DNA from: Histomonas meleagridis 2922-C6/04-290x
Taxonomy: Eukaryota > Protista > Parabasalia
Direction of reading: 5' to 3'
Assembly: GCA_020184695.1 (NCBI GenBank)
Contig: JAANOX010000095.1
Coordinates: 62,001 to 126,000, forward strand
DNA: 64,000 nt
Position 1 is the stretch's first letter, and every line of letters starts with the position of its first letter. This document shows positions 45,770 through 57,455 of this stretch, piece after piece. A program made the position numbers and the translations under genes. Below the pieces are notes generated by a model that had not been told where the DNA came from, searched no databases, and saw only the letters and a list, made by a program, of their open reading frames with translations.

Positions 45770-46413
45770 ATCTTTAATATTAACATCAATTTTTTATGTT
45801 CAAGAAGTAATTTAATTGCTTTTAGAGAGTCGTATATGCATGATAACATAAGAGCTGTTGCATATGAAAGAAAAAAAATCCAAAAATTGAAAAAATACAA
45901 ATTTTAAAGATAAAAAACTTCCAAAAAAGAGGGAAAACAACTTTATAAAAAAATATACCATCATTTTGAATAAGAACTTTATCGCTAAATAACGTGTGAT
46001 CCATATCATACTTATAGAAAGAATCAGAATAAAATAAATGATATAAATTTTATGTACGAAATTGGAATATAGTAAAATTAAAGAAAACACTTAATAAATC
46101 AAATTTACATGTTTTGCATTAACATTAATATCTTTGTGTTGAAACAATAATTTTACTATACTAAAATTATTACATTTACAAGCATACTTTAATGCAGTCA
46201 TAAATAATATGATTTAAAACCAAATTTTTAATAAAAACAAAAAATGTACCAAAAAAATATCGATTTAATTATAAAAACATTTTTAGCATTTACATCAATA
46301 TCTTTTTGTTTAAGAAGCACTTTAATAGTTTCAGAATAATTATTATCAAGTGCTTTAAAAAATAGCTTAAATTCTACAAAAAAATTTTTGTGGTGATTGG
46401 TGATGTTATACAT
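45770..46413 (-). other. Short interrupted ankyrin-repeat gene or remnant: 4 modules, three 80-nt spacers
   Basis: Modules start at 46368, 46198, 46028 and 45858 (period exactly 170 bp): KLFFKALDNNYSETIKVLLKQKDIDVNAKN, TALKYACKCNNFSIVKLLFQHKDINVNAKH, a degenerate 30-codon unit, and TALMLSCIYDSLKAIKLLLEHK (1-nt A-run deletion). Confidence 0.75.
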
Positions 46414-46587
46414 TTTTGTTGGAAAAGAAATTCGATTATTTCTAGATTTTGGAAAATAATGTGATCAAACATTTTGTTGAAATTGTAATTAAAGCATTTA
46501 AACGTTTTTCGTACGTTAATCTCACTTAACATTTAATTTCTTCATCAACAAATTGATTTTGACAAATAACCAACATAATTTTATTTA

Positions 46588-47148
46588 ATGACTGATTTAT
46601 TTATAATTGTTCTAGGAGGATATGGTTCAGGAAAATCATCAATAACGATTCAATTTACACATGGTTTTTTGTAACCGATTATGATCCAACAATTGAGATA
46701 CTTTCACTCGCACAATTACAACTGATGGAAGAGATATTAAATTTATTGTTCTTGATACAGCAGGTGAAGATTACTATTATCGTCAATCCGTCATTCCGAA
46801 AGCAAATGGTTTTGTTATTGTTTATTCCATTGACAATCATCAATCTTTTGATGATGTTGAATACTGGTATGATTTTATTCGCACAAAAAATGTTCCATTT
46901 TTCCTTTGCAGGAATAAAGTCGATCTTGACAACAATCGGGTTGTCAGTCAAGATGAAGGGGAAGCTCTTGCAAAAAGGTTAGGTGGCTACTTTATTGAGA
47001 CATCGGCCGATTGAATAACACCAATATCAATAAAATGTTTCTTGAACTTGGAAAGCTAATAATAGAAAGCGGAGACATACCAGTCCAAGAAACTCAAAAA
47101 CCAAATACTCAAAATAAAAATCGAAAAGAGATATGTCAAATATTTTAA
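46588..47148 (+). pseudogene. Ras/Rap-like GTPase with three 1-nt deletions (pseudogene or assembly error)
   Basis: GGYGSGKS, YDPTIE(D), DTAGED, RNKVD, ETSA and C-terminal CQIF* are recovered by adding one base in each of three homopolymers (T-run ~46670, G ~46696, C-run ~47009). Confidence 0.8.
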
Positions 47149-47428
47149 ACATCGATTTTCAAATATAAGTTTCTTTAGATAGAGCATAATTTATTTTTTG
47201 TGAAATTGACACTTTCATTTTTCTATAAAATCAATTTCGTGAATTGGATAAAAAATGATTCCATGATACTGTTGTTAGTTAACCACAGTGTAGATGTACC
47301 TTAACACTATTACTAAGGAAATCAATCGCAGTTATTTTTATAATTGTTGAACTCCTGCAACAGTGAAGCATTTCATTGGATTAAAATAATCATTGTAAAA
47401 TAATTCAAAAGTTTACTTACAGCACCTT

Positions 47429-50400
47429 TTATGTAAATTGTTCCACATCACTAATGTTTGCAGAATGATCTCTATCTATATCTGCGCCAAAAGTAATAGC
47501 AGTTCTTAATTTCTTTGCCATCCATTCATCTGTTTCATATTGAGGTATAGTAATTGTTGAGCTACAAGTAGCAGAAGTAGGTAAAGGTTTTAAGTTATCA
47601 GGTTTTGAATCAAAAGTAAATTTAATAACCAATTTTTCGCTCCACTCCATTCCAGGAGGAGGTAGTCCCATTCTACCGCAACCGAATTTTACAAATAACA
47701 TTCTTTCTTTTGGCGTAAAAGTTTTTAATACTCTCCATAATCTTTCTGTATGAGGATTTTCAATTGGATATTTACAATTTTTCTTTAATTCTTTAATTGT
47801 GCATAATCCATCTCCACAAATTAACATTTCAAGTTCCCAAGGAGACAGTATCGTTAAAGCGGTTTCATCAAAAAATAAAGTGAAACCGTCGCGTAAAGCA
47901 TTCAATTGCTGATTGAATTCGTTTAAACGAAATTTTTTACATCTTCGAATAAAATCGATTCGATTATCTAATGTTACCTGTATAGACGCACCACCAGGGA
48001 ATAGCTCCACCATTTCCCCAAGTGAATTTTGAACCTGAAAAGTATAAGGGAATAAAATTGAAAATTGTTGATGATTAAACATTTCTTTTTCGTTGTCAAT
48101 TTTTTCTAATGAATTAATCATTTGTTTAAACTCCAAATCAACATCATATATGTCATCGATACCAAATTTTGACTTGATGATATATTTCCATATCAATTTT
48201 GCAAATTTAAAAGGTTCAGGTAATTTAGAAACATAACAAACAGACATTAAAACACCTGCGTAATAGTATAATTTCTTGGTATAATCAGTTAAAGGCTTCG
48301 GGTTTGGAATTAAAAGTTCTTGTTCAACATTTTGTTGTTTTGTTCGTTTATTAGGGCTTTGAATGAACAAATTATTCATTGGGTGCATTATTTCCATGCA
48401 TACCTCAGTGAATAAATCTCTCCCAGGTCCACCAGCATCAGTCGAACCTTCGCCAATTAGATTTACATGCCAAGGAACAGTTCTTCTTTTAAGTCTATAT
48501 AAATCTTTTAATGGAACTTGTTCAATAAATTGCGAAAGTATTGATTGACCAGAAGTGTCATTTGGTTTAATTTCTAACAAAGATTTCTTATATCGATTAA
48601 AACTTAAGTTTAATCTTCCATTACTATTATCAGGAGTTTTATTTAATACTATTGATTCGATGGAATTAATTTTATATTCAGTAGAAATTGATGAAGTTGT
48701 GGAATGAAATAATAAAGATAATATTGTACTTGTATCATCAATTTTAATGACTTTTGTAATGTTTGGTATTAATAATGAAAAGTTATGAATTATTTGGATA
48801 CGTGACCTTAATAATGGTATTGGAATATGACTTAAAATTGTTTCTGTTTGGAAAAATGAGTCATTTAAAGTTAATGGAAACATTGATGTTAAACATGGAA
48901 TACTTTTAATTGCTTTTAAAATTGTTTCATCATATTCAACTTTCCAATTATTCTTCATATAATTCATATGTTTCATAAATAAGTTATAATTTGTAGAAAA
49001 GATAAATCGTTTTGTTTCATATGAATTTGGATAACCTGTAATTGATATTATATAATTTATATTTTTTAGTGGTAAATTATCGATTTTATCATTTAATTGT
49101 ATAATTATTGGTGAATTTACATTAACTTTTTGTGGTTTTTCTAATTTAATTATATCATTATGAGAACTTATTATAGATAAATATGAATTTTCTGGAATAT
49201 TACTATTAAATTCAATTGTACAACATTTCATTTCATCAAATTCTATTTTTGTATTTAATAAATTTTCATTTTGATATATATAAAAGTCTCTTTTAAATGA
49301 AATAGATTCACTCCAAGAATCTGCAAACAAATAATATGGAAAGCGTATCGAAATTGGTTTCTCAAAGCCTAAGGCAGAAAAATATGAAACAGCGTTTTGC
49401 ATTTGTTCGAATAAAGGCGATTCATTATTCGGTATATTTGAAATATATTGATCAAATAAATCTTCTTTTTCCTTTAAAGAAGAATTAGAATTTAATAAAG
49501 AAGTATTCGAATCAATTAAAATCAATTTAATAAATGTTGTAATAATTAATGCTTTTTGTGAATATAATGATAATGGCGCCCATTCTATAATTGTTGCATT
49601 AAATAATTTACAAAATTCATAAAATGAATTTTTTATTTCTTTTGTTAAATCTATGGATTCCCAATTTAACGATGTCAAAATTGGTGTAATTAATTCAAAT
49701 GCGAACACATTAATAAATAAATTATTCGAATTCATTAATGCTGTTAAAGAAGGTATAACATTTTGTTTTAACAAGTTATCTATTTCTTCGATATGAATTT
49801 TTAATGAAAAAATTATTGAAAATATTGTTAATAATACATGTATAAAACCTAATGTAGTAAATTTTAAGTTTTCTTGTAAATATTTATTTATGGTTAAAAT
49901 GCCTAAATAAATACCATTTCGTTTATTATCAGCTGAAGTATTTATATCAATTTTACAATTATTAGATAATATTAAATAACAATCTGATAATGGATCTTCA
50001 ATTGAATATCCATTAATTATTACTTTCTTTGATATACTATGTAGTGGATGTAATATTGGTATAAACCCATAAATAGAATTAGAAAATGCAATTATCGAAG
50101 ATATTGAAGTTGAAGGCTGAGGTTTCCAAGATTCCAATATATATTCATTACGTATAAAAGAAAACAAACTTTCGGCATTAATATTTTTAGTTTTTGATAT
50201 GTTCAAAATACAATTTTGTATTAAATTTATTATGAAATATTGAATTAATTTAAAATTACTACTTAAAAACGTATAAATAAATCGTGAAAATAAATGTGGA
50301 TCACCTGGATATTTATAATTGATCGAATTCACTTTAAAAATGAAATCAATGTTATTAACATGTTCCCATTTTGTTGATATCATAACATGATGCTTAAATT

Positions 50401-53400
50401 TACATACTTCATTAATAGAAGAATTCATCATATTTGTAATATTATCATTTTGTAAAAATTCTTTAGTTTTATTTATATATCTAAAATAATCCAGAAATAT
50501 TAAAAATAAATAACGTGACAACTTAATACAAAATGACTTTGATAAAGACATGAGTTTTGATTTAATTTCATTTAAGTATTGCAATGTATTTACACCTTTA
50601 TAAATTTGAAATTTTATTATATTTGTAATAATATTTGTAATCTTACATGGAATTGGATTTATATAACGCGAATCTATAGTAAAATCATTTACATTTGTTT
50701 CTGTTAATGAATTTACTGTTAATATTGAATATTTATCTTTATGTTCTATCTTTTTAATAATTACATATTTATTCATTTGTTTTAATGATTCAATTCCAGG
50801 AAATGAATATTCGATATATAATGAATCAGATTTAGTTAATTCTCTTTTCGAAATATGTATTATTTGTCCTATGTAAAACATATTGCAATAAAATGGTTTT
50901 GTGGTTTGAAATGTATAAGTAATTTTATCTGAAATTGGTGTTTGTTGATTTTGTATTGAGTAGTATTTATTTTGGCTTAACTCATGTGATTTAGGGAAAT
51001 TATAATTCGGAATTTCTTGATTTATTATATTATTATATTCTTCTGAATTTAATAAATTCGATTTTGGTATTTTGAAAGCTTTATCTAAAATTGGAACATT
51101 AATTTTCTCAAAACAATATGGTTTTATATCGAAATCAGAAGATTCAGAAAAATTAATTTGAAATTCTTTATGACCAAAATTAAATGATACATTAAAAGAT
51201 GATTTTGTTAATAATATTGGACAATAATCATCAATTCTTAAACAAGGTACAATAAAAGGTAATTTTTTACCATTGATATAAAAAAATATACATTTCGAAT
51301 TATAACCACATCCAATGATATCATTTTTTTGTAATTTAAAATCATTTGGGTTTTTCTGTTCTAAAAATGGTGAAATTATTGTATTATTAATGAAATTATA
51401 TCCAAATATATATAAACCTTTTGTTGAAGATCTTTTATCTATAAAACCTAAAATAAAATTATTTAAATTTGTTGAATTAATTATTTTAATTTCATAATAA
51501 AATAAATTTGTAAAAGGTATAAATTTATCTCCAACAAATATTGAAGTTAAATTATCATCACTTTTTATTAAATAATTTTCGATTTCTACTTTACCAAATG
51601 TAATAGATATAAATGTTGAAGGTGTATTAATATTTGAAGCTAATGAATATATATAATTTATATTTCTTAATTTGTTATTAAGATTATTCGATATTTGACA
51701 TATGTATTGACTTATTTCATTTGTTAATTTACCAATTGTATAATTTTTTTTAATTGGAATTTTCATTGTAACTAATGAAAGGAAATCCAAAACATTTGAA
51801 TTTTGATTTAATTTTTTCATGTTATGTTCATTTTGTAGTATATTAGTTAAAAACCCATAATAAGTTGAAATTAATATGTAATCTTCGATTTTTGTAAATT
51901 TATTTTTCTTTATAATTTTATTTGATTTAATATTAATTTTATTTAAATGTTTTATTTCAGTTTTAGTTAATATAAAATCAAAATCAAGTGGATTATTTTT
52001 ATATCTACAAGAAGGAGAATATATATTATTTAAAGTTAAATCAATAAATTCATATTTATTCGAATTATTTGACAATATTATATTATTATTGTTATCATAT
52101 GTATTAATATTAATAACTTCATAATTAGATTTATCATATTTTAATATATAACCATTATCATGAAATGAAATTATTTCTTTCCCCAAAATCGAGAAAATGG
52201 AAATAATTTCATATAAAGATTCTTTTAGATTAAATTTTTCTAAAATCTCATGAAATATATTTATGACATAATCTTTAATTTTAGAATATGATTTAATCAT
52301 TAACCTAAATGATGAAATGATTTCTTCTCCTATGTATTGATGAATATTTTGGTTATTTTCATTTTTAATCAACAAAGAATGTTTACCACACAAAGTTTTA
52401 CCTAAATCATTTAATAGAAAATATAAAAAAGAATTTAAATTATAAATTTTGTCGTTAAATTTATATTCGAAATCTTCTATACCTTTTATTATTAAATAAT
52501 TTGCTAACCATGAAATTATTGCATTGATGATTTTATATGATTTTTTATTAAAACATTTAAAGATATCATTTATATCATAATCAATTTCATCATTAATTTG
52601 TAATAATAAAGTTAAAAGTAATATTGAATTATATTGAGAATTTTCATTATTTATATTAGATGCATGATTTAAAAGAAATTTATTTATTTCTTTTGTATGA
52701 TAATTTAATGCCCAAAATGATATCAATTTCCATGTACAAGAATAAGATATATAAGATTCAAATGAATCATTTAAATGATTTAACCAAAATTTTGATAACA
52801 ATTGGAAATATAAATTAATGTTTTCGATTTGAATCAATGATTTTAATGGATATGAAATGAATCTTAAATAACATAATCTTTGTATTTCACTAATATCTTT
52901 TTCACAAATATGTGTAATGAAATGATCATAAATTTTAGAAAATTCTGCTTTTAATTTTTGTAGACTTTCGATATTTGCATTTTTTATATCAGAAATATCG
53001 GAAATTATATTTGAACATGAAGATAAAGGATCTATAAAAGATAATTTTGCCGAAATATTTGAATTATTCATTTGAATATATTCATGTAAAGAATATAATG
53101 ATTTTAACCTAATTTCAATTCTTTTATTTCTTAATTCGATCATTCGATCAATATTTTCCATTGGTAAATCTGATGTAATAAATGATAAACAATCATTTAA
53201 TGTTTTTTCTATTGTTTGCGTATTTAAATTTGTTTGCCTATTCATACGCTTTTTTAATAAAGGATCAATATATAATAAGATTAATGATTTTAAAGTTGCT
53301 TCTTTTATAAATGAACGAAAATCTTCTTTTAAAGTTTTCGCTTTACCATTTAAAGTTTTAAATTTTTGATATGATGATGCTAATATTGATCTTAATCTAT

Positions 53401-56400
53401 AAATTGCCTTCCAAACTGATCTAAGATTTGGTGGTATATTAGCATTAGATTTTATTTGATTTGGTATTATACTTAAGGAAAATGAAATTGATTGATTAAT
53501 TAAGCCTAATTGCTTTAATAAGGCAGCAATTGCGAATTTTTCTACTTCAAGAATTTCTTTATTTTTAGTATTAATATTATTATGTATATTTTTATACATA
53601 AAATTAATAAAAACTTTTGCAGGCGTTTTATTATTTTCTTTTTCTTTTGATATGAGATCATTAATAAAACCTTTTTTAAATTCATTTGAAAAATCTGATT
53701 CGTTTTGATTCATATCAAATGAAATACCACGAGAAATACCTTTTTGTAAATGTTTTTGCTCATAATTTTCATTATTCTTTAAATATTGTTCAGGTATATT
53801 AATTTTATTAATTCCTTGAAGTAAATCACTTTCTATTAATAACTTAAATTGTTTTTCATTTTTAGACATTGGTAATGATTTTAATCCATTTAAAGTTAAA
53901 TTCCCCAATATATAACAATAAAAATTCATAAAGAATAAAATAGGATTCGGATCAAAAAAGTTCATAATTTTAATCTCTGTTGAAGTACAAATAATTTTAT
54001 AACCCCAATAATTTACAGATCCATCACTTCTAAAATGGAATTTTAATGAATTTGTTTCAAGTATTATTGATGTAGGCCAACCATCAGGTCCTGATAATTT
54101 AAACAATTCTTTTCCATTATCACACATATCATATATACATAAATAATCTGAATTTAATTCAGTTCTACATCTTGGATCAAAATCTAATCGAATAATTGAA
54201 GCGTTTTCAAATGTTACATATTCAACGATATTTGCATCATCTTCATAATTATGCGGTGATTCGATAACTTTTACATTTTGTATAAATGAAATTGGTTCTT
54301 TTTTATGATTTATGAATTTTAAATCTTGTAAAATAAGTTCTTCATTTAAATATTTATTAAATGACTTATAAAAAATTGGAATAGATTTCTCGACAATTAT
54401 TGATGAAATATAAGGAAATGTATCGATTGTTGATATTCTAAATACTAATACTTGAATTAAAGGATTAAGTAAATTGTTATTATCAAAAATTTTTGTAATA
54501 AATTGAAATAATACATCGAAAAATGAAATTAAATTTTCTTCATTTTCTTTAACAGAATTGTCTATATAAAAATTAAGTTGATGATTTAAATGATTAAGTG
54601 CTGAAAGAAATAATTTTTGTATTTCTTCATCATTATAATTTAATAATAATTCATCATATAACTTTTGATTAAATATATATAAAATTACTGACGAATTTGA
54701 TATAATTCCAATGTTTTCTAATAAATAATTTTTTATAATTTTATTATTGTAAAATTGATCGAAAAATATTTTAATGTTTTGATAATTTGGATAAAATAAA
54801 TATTGAAAAGAAAAATGTATTATTAACAAAATTGATTCGAATATAATTATTGATGATTTAAAACATTCATTTTGAATACATTTATTCATAATATCAATGA
54901 TAGAATGAAATAATTCTTTATCGGAATCATCATATAATTCTATATTTTTATAAAACTTTTGGAAATATACAAACAAATTTAATGAAATTAACTTTAATCC
55001 AATTGATATTATAACTGATTTCATTTCTATTGTAATAAAATTAATTGCCAAAACTTGTGAAACTAATGAAATTCCTAATAAAATTAAACTATTATCAGAT
55101 GAAACAAAAAATGAAAATTGTTGATTTGTTACAAATTTTGGTTTTTTATATAATGATTTTATTTGATAATTTATATATTTTTGTATTGAATTTGCTAAAA
55201 ATGAAATACTTTCTAATAACTTATTTTCTAAATGTGGTAATGTTATGTCAATAACGAATAATGAATCATCTTTTATTGTTAATGAATTATTAAATGGATA
55301 TTTTATAAAATATAATTTCGTTTGTTCTTGAATAATAGAAATAATTTTATTATTATGAAACTTTGTTGGATAATTTTTAATTATTGGATAACTATAAAAT
55401 ATTTTTTGTGTTTGCTTTATTAAATTATTGTTTTCTAATTTGTATATATGAATAAAACAATTTTTCCTTAAAATATTAATTGTATTATCTTTAATAAAAA
55501 TAAATTTTGATTTAAAATTATAAACAATTTCAAAAGAATTTACTTTTTGGTTTGTGTTAACATCGAAAATTAAAATATTGATTTTAGTTAAGTAATCTTG
55601 AATAATTACAATATTATCATTATTAAAATTTCCTACACAAATAATTTCATAGTTTATATCAATCATTTGATTTAGTTCTAATGTTTTTGTTATATTATTT
55701 TTCTCGTTTAATATAATTAATGAATTTAATTTACATGAAAAAATATAAATATTCGAATTAAAATCCAAAATTTTCGAGTCTGTTTCAATTGGAACTTTAA
55801 TATAAATTGGTTCCGGTATTATAAATTTAAGAATTCCAGAATTTTTAAATAAACATAATACATATGTTTGATTAATTGAAAAGTCGATGATTTCATCATT
55901 TTCATTATTAATATCAAATTCGAATTTATTTTCTGTTGATGGAATATCTCCAAAAATTGTATCCAATCCGAAATCTACATTAATTGGCGCCTTTTTACTT
56001 AATGTTAACATAAAAGATAACGAACTTATAGGTCCATTAGCATTGTTTTGTACAATGCCTATAGAAGACAACAACAAAATTATTCGATTTTGAATTTGAG
56101 GAATTTGAAATTTCTCAATTTTACTAACTTGACTTGTAAGTTTACTAATGGATTTCATTATTGGTGATGATATTGATGTTAAAGAATGTGGTTGTTGCTT
56201 TGATAATATATCATTTAAAACTTTAAATGATTTTTCGATTTGTTCTTCATCAATTGTTTCAATGTTATCTATACACATATCAAATGTAATAGAAAAAAGA
56301 TTTTCTAAATAACTTGTTGGAGTTGTCTTTGCTTCAAATAAAGAAGAATATTTATTTTTCATAAATTTATGATCATTATTATAAATAATTTTTTCATTGT

Positions 56401-56737
56401 TTAAATATTTTGTTATAATATCAAGCAAAATAGCAAAAGCATTTGGAAATATCTTTCCTCGACCATAATTCACTTCTAAATCTTGTTTAATGAAACGGAA
56501 AAAATTATACTCGAAATCATCAGGTAATTTAAACTCACCATATTTTTGTTGATTTATTAAATTCTGTAATATCATTGATAAATTAATATTATCAATTGGA
56601 GAAGTTTCATCTTTTAAAGCAAACTGATGCGCAAGTTCTGATTTAATATGATCAACCATTTGCCTTGAAAATACTTCATTAGGCTCATGGATACCTTCTT
56701 TAAAAGATGTCTTTGTAGACGATTGACTTAAGCCCAT
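47429..56737 (-). CDS. Giant HECT E3 ubiquitin ligase with CUB-like and SPRY domains
   Basis: 3102-aa uninterrupted ORF: MGLSQS start, CUB-like IESPHNY...TELNSDYL...FHFRSDGSVNYWGYK, SPRY FYYEIKI...DIIGCG...FYINGK, HECT GEGSTDAGGPGRD...LPTSATC. Confidence 0.92.
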   Translation of the reverse strand: MGLSQSSTKTSFKEGIHEPNEVFSRQMVDHIKSELAHQFALKDETSPIDNINLSMILQNLINQQKYGEFKLPDDFEYNFFRFIKQDLEVNYGRGKIFPNAFAILLDIITKYLNNEKIIYNNDHKFMKNKYSSLFEAKTTPTSYLENLFSITFDMCIDNIETIDEEQIEKSFKVLNDILSKQQPHSLTSISSPIMKSISKLTSQVSKIEKFQIPQIQNRIILLLSSIGIVQNNANGPISSLSFMLTLSKKAPINVDFGLDTIFGDIPSTENKFEFDINNENDEIIDFSINQTYVLCLFKNSGILKFIIPEPIYIKVPIETDSKILDFNSNIYIFSCKLNSLIILNEKNNITKTLELNQMIDINYEIICVGNFNNDNIVIIQDYLTKINILIFDVNTNQKVNSFEIVYNFKSKFIFIKDNTINILRKNCFIHIYKLENNNLIKQTQKIFYSYPIIKNYPTKFHNNKIISIIQEQTKLYFIKYPFNNSLTIKDDSLFVIDITLPHLENKLLESISFLANSIQKYINYQIKSLYKKPKFVTNQQFSFFVSSDNSLILLGISLVSQVLAINFITIEMKSVIISIGLKLISLNLFVYFQKFYKNIELYDDSDKELFHSIIDIMNKCIQNECFKSSIIIFESILLIIHFSFQYLFYPNYQNIKIFFDQFYNNKIIKNYLLENIGIISNSSVILYIFNQKLYDELLLNYNDEEIQKLFLSALNHLNHQLNFYIDNSVKENEENLISFFDVLFQFITKIFDNNNLLNPLIQVLVFRISTIDTFPYISSIIVEKSIPIFYKSFNKYLNEELILQDLKFINHKKEPISFIQNVKVIESPHNYEDDANIVEYVTFENASIIRLDFDPRCRTELNSDYLCIYDMCDNGKELFKLSGPDGWPTSIILETNSLKFHFRSDGSVNYWGYKIICTSTEIKIMNFFDPNPILFFMNFYCYILGNLTLNGLKSLPMSKNEKQFKLLIESDLLQGINKINIPEQYLKNNENYEQKHLQKGISRGISFDMNQNESDFSNEFKKGFINDLISKEKENNKTPAKVFINFMYKNIHNNINTKNKEILEVEKFAIAALLKQLGLINQSISFSLSIIPNQIKSNANIPPNLRSVWKAIYRLRSILASSYQKFKTLNGKAKTLKEDFRSFIKEATLKSLILLYIDPLLKKRMNRQTNLNTQTIEKTLNDCLSFITSDLPMENIDRMIELRNKRIEIRLKSLYSLHEYIQMNNSNISAKLSFIDPLSSCSNIISDISDIKNANIESLQKLKAEFSKIYDHFITHICEKDISEIQRLCYLRFISYPLKSLIQIENINLYFQLLSKFWLNHLNDSFESYISYSCTWKLISFWALNYHTKEINKFLLNHASNINNENSQYNSILLLTLLLQINDEIDYDINDIFKCFNKKSYKIINAIISWLANYLIIKGIEDFEYKFNDKIYNLNSFLYFLLNDLGKTLCGKHSLLIKNENNQNIHQYIGEEIISSFRLMIKSYSKIKDYVINIFHEILEKFNLKESLYEIISIFSILGKEIISFHDNGYILKYDKSNYEVININTYDNNNNIILSNNSNKYEFIDLTLNNIYSPSCRYKNNPLDFDFILTKTEIKHLNKINIKSNKIIKKNKFTKIEDYILISTYYGFLTNILQNEHNMKKLNQNSNVLDFLSLVTMKIPIKKNYTIGKLTNEISQYICQISNNLNNKLRNINYIYSLASNINTPSTFISITFGKVEIENYLIKSDDNLTSIFVGDKFIPFTNLFYYEIKIINSTNLNNFILGFIDKRSSTKGLYIFGYNFINNTIISPFLEQKNPNDFKLQKNDIIGCGYNSKCIFFYINGKKLPFIVPCLRIDDYCPILLTKSSFNVSFNFGHKEFQINFSESSDFDIKPYCFEKINVPILDKAFKIPKSNLLNSEEYNNIINQEIPNYNFPKSHELSQNKYYSIQNQQTPISDKITYTFQTTKPFYCNMFYIGQIIHISKRELTKSDSLYIEYSFPGIESLKQMNKYVIIKKIEHKDKYSILTVNSLTETNVNDFTIDSRYINPIPCKITNIITNIIKFQIYKGVNTLQYLNEIKSKLMSLSKSFCIKLSRYLFLIFLDYFRYINKTKEFLQNDNITNMMNSSINEVCKFKHHVMISTKWEHVNNIDFIFKVNSINYKYPGDPHLFSRFIYTFLSSNFKLIQYFIINLIQNCILNISKTKNINAESLFSFIRNEYILESWKPQPSTSISSIIAFSNSIYGFIPILHPLHSISKKVIINGYSIEDPLSDCYLILSNNCKIDINTSADNKRNGIYLGILTINKYLQENLKFTTLGFIHVLLTIFSIIFSLKIHIEEIDNLLKQNVIPSLTALMNSNNLFINVFAFELITPILTSLNWESIDLTKEIKNSFYEFCKLFNATIIEWAPLSLYSQKALIITTFIKLILIDSNTSLLNSNSSLKEKEDLFDQYISNIPNNESPLFEQMQNAVSYFSALGFEKPISIRFPYYLFADSWSESISFKRDFYIYQNENLLNTKIEFDEMKCCTIEFNSNIPENSYLSIISSHNDIIKLEKPQKVNVNSPIIIQLNDKIDNLPLKNINYIISITGYPNSYETKRFIFSTNYNLFMKHMNYMKNNWKVEYDETILKAIKSIPCLTSMFPLTLNDSFFQTETILSHIPIPLLRSRIQIIHNFSLLIPNITKVIKIDDTSTILSLLFHSTTSSISTEYKINSIESIVLNKTPDNSNGRLNLSFNRYKKSLLEIKPNDTSGQSILSQFIEQVPLKDLYRLKRRTVPWHVNLIGEGSTDAGGPGRDLFTEVCMEIMHPMNNLFIQSPNKRTKQQNVEQELLIPNPKPLTDYTKKLYYYAGVLMSVCYVSKLPEPFKFAKLIWKYIIKSKFGIDDIYDVDLEFKQMINSLEKIDNEKEMFNHQQFSILFPYTFQVQNSLGEMVELFPGGASIQVTLDNRIDFIRRCKKFRLNEFNQQLNALRDGFTLFFDETALTILSPWELEMLICGDGLCTIKELKKNCKYPIENPHTERLWRVLKTFTPKERMLFVKFGCGRMGLPPPGMEWSEKLVIKFTFDSKPDNLKPLPTSATCSSTITIPQYETDEWMAKKLRTAITFGADIDRDHSANISDVEQFT

Positions 56738-57455
56738 GTTTTAACTTTTATATAACATTTCACAAATAAAATTTTTGATATTAAAAAAACAAAAAACCTA
56801 AGAATTAACCTATTTTGAATCATTCTTTTCAACATATTTTTTAAATTGGTCTAAAAACTCTTCACTAAAATTGGAAGCATTTCTTTTAGCTCTTGTGATA
56901 ACAACAAATACAATTAACTTCATGTTAACATACATTTTTAATATTCTATTCTCCTAATTTGGTTTTCTAATTATCATTAAATAATATGTTTTTGTAATCA
57001 AATATTTTAAGCATTTGGCTAAAGGTATTTCGCATAAACCTCTGTAATTCTTTTCTATATTTAAATTACCAATTCATGTAAAATATATATATTTTACTTC
57101 GAAGGAGCAAATTGTAAAAAAAATATTTGCTTTGTGAAACATTTTAGTTTTTACTAAATTTAAGATCTTAATTTTAAAATAACACATAATGTCGTGTTAG
57201 TCCAAATAAACACCAATTTAATTATGAAATACTGTTACCAAAAATAACGTTTTTGATGATGTACATTAAAATTTATTTTCTAACATACATGTTAAATTTT
57301 CATTTAATTTAATTGTCATATTGAAGCACCAATAACAAAGTTTATGAATATCATCCGTAAAGTCTCCATTTTTAAAGTGGATAAATCTTTTTTGGTTGTT
57401 AACTTGACACTTTTGAATAGCCGATACAAATCAAACAAACAAAGTCAATTCAAAG

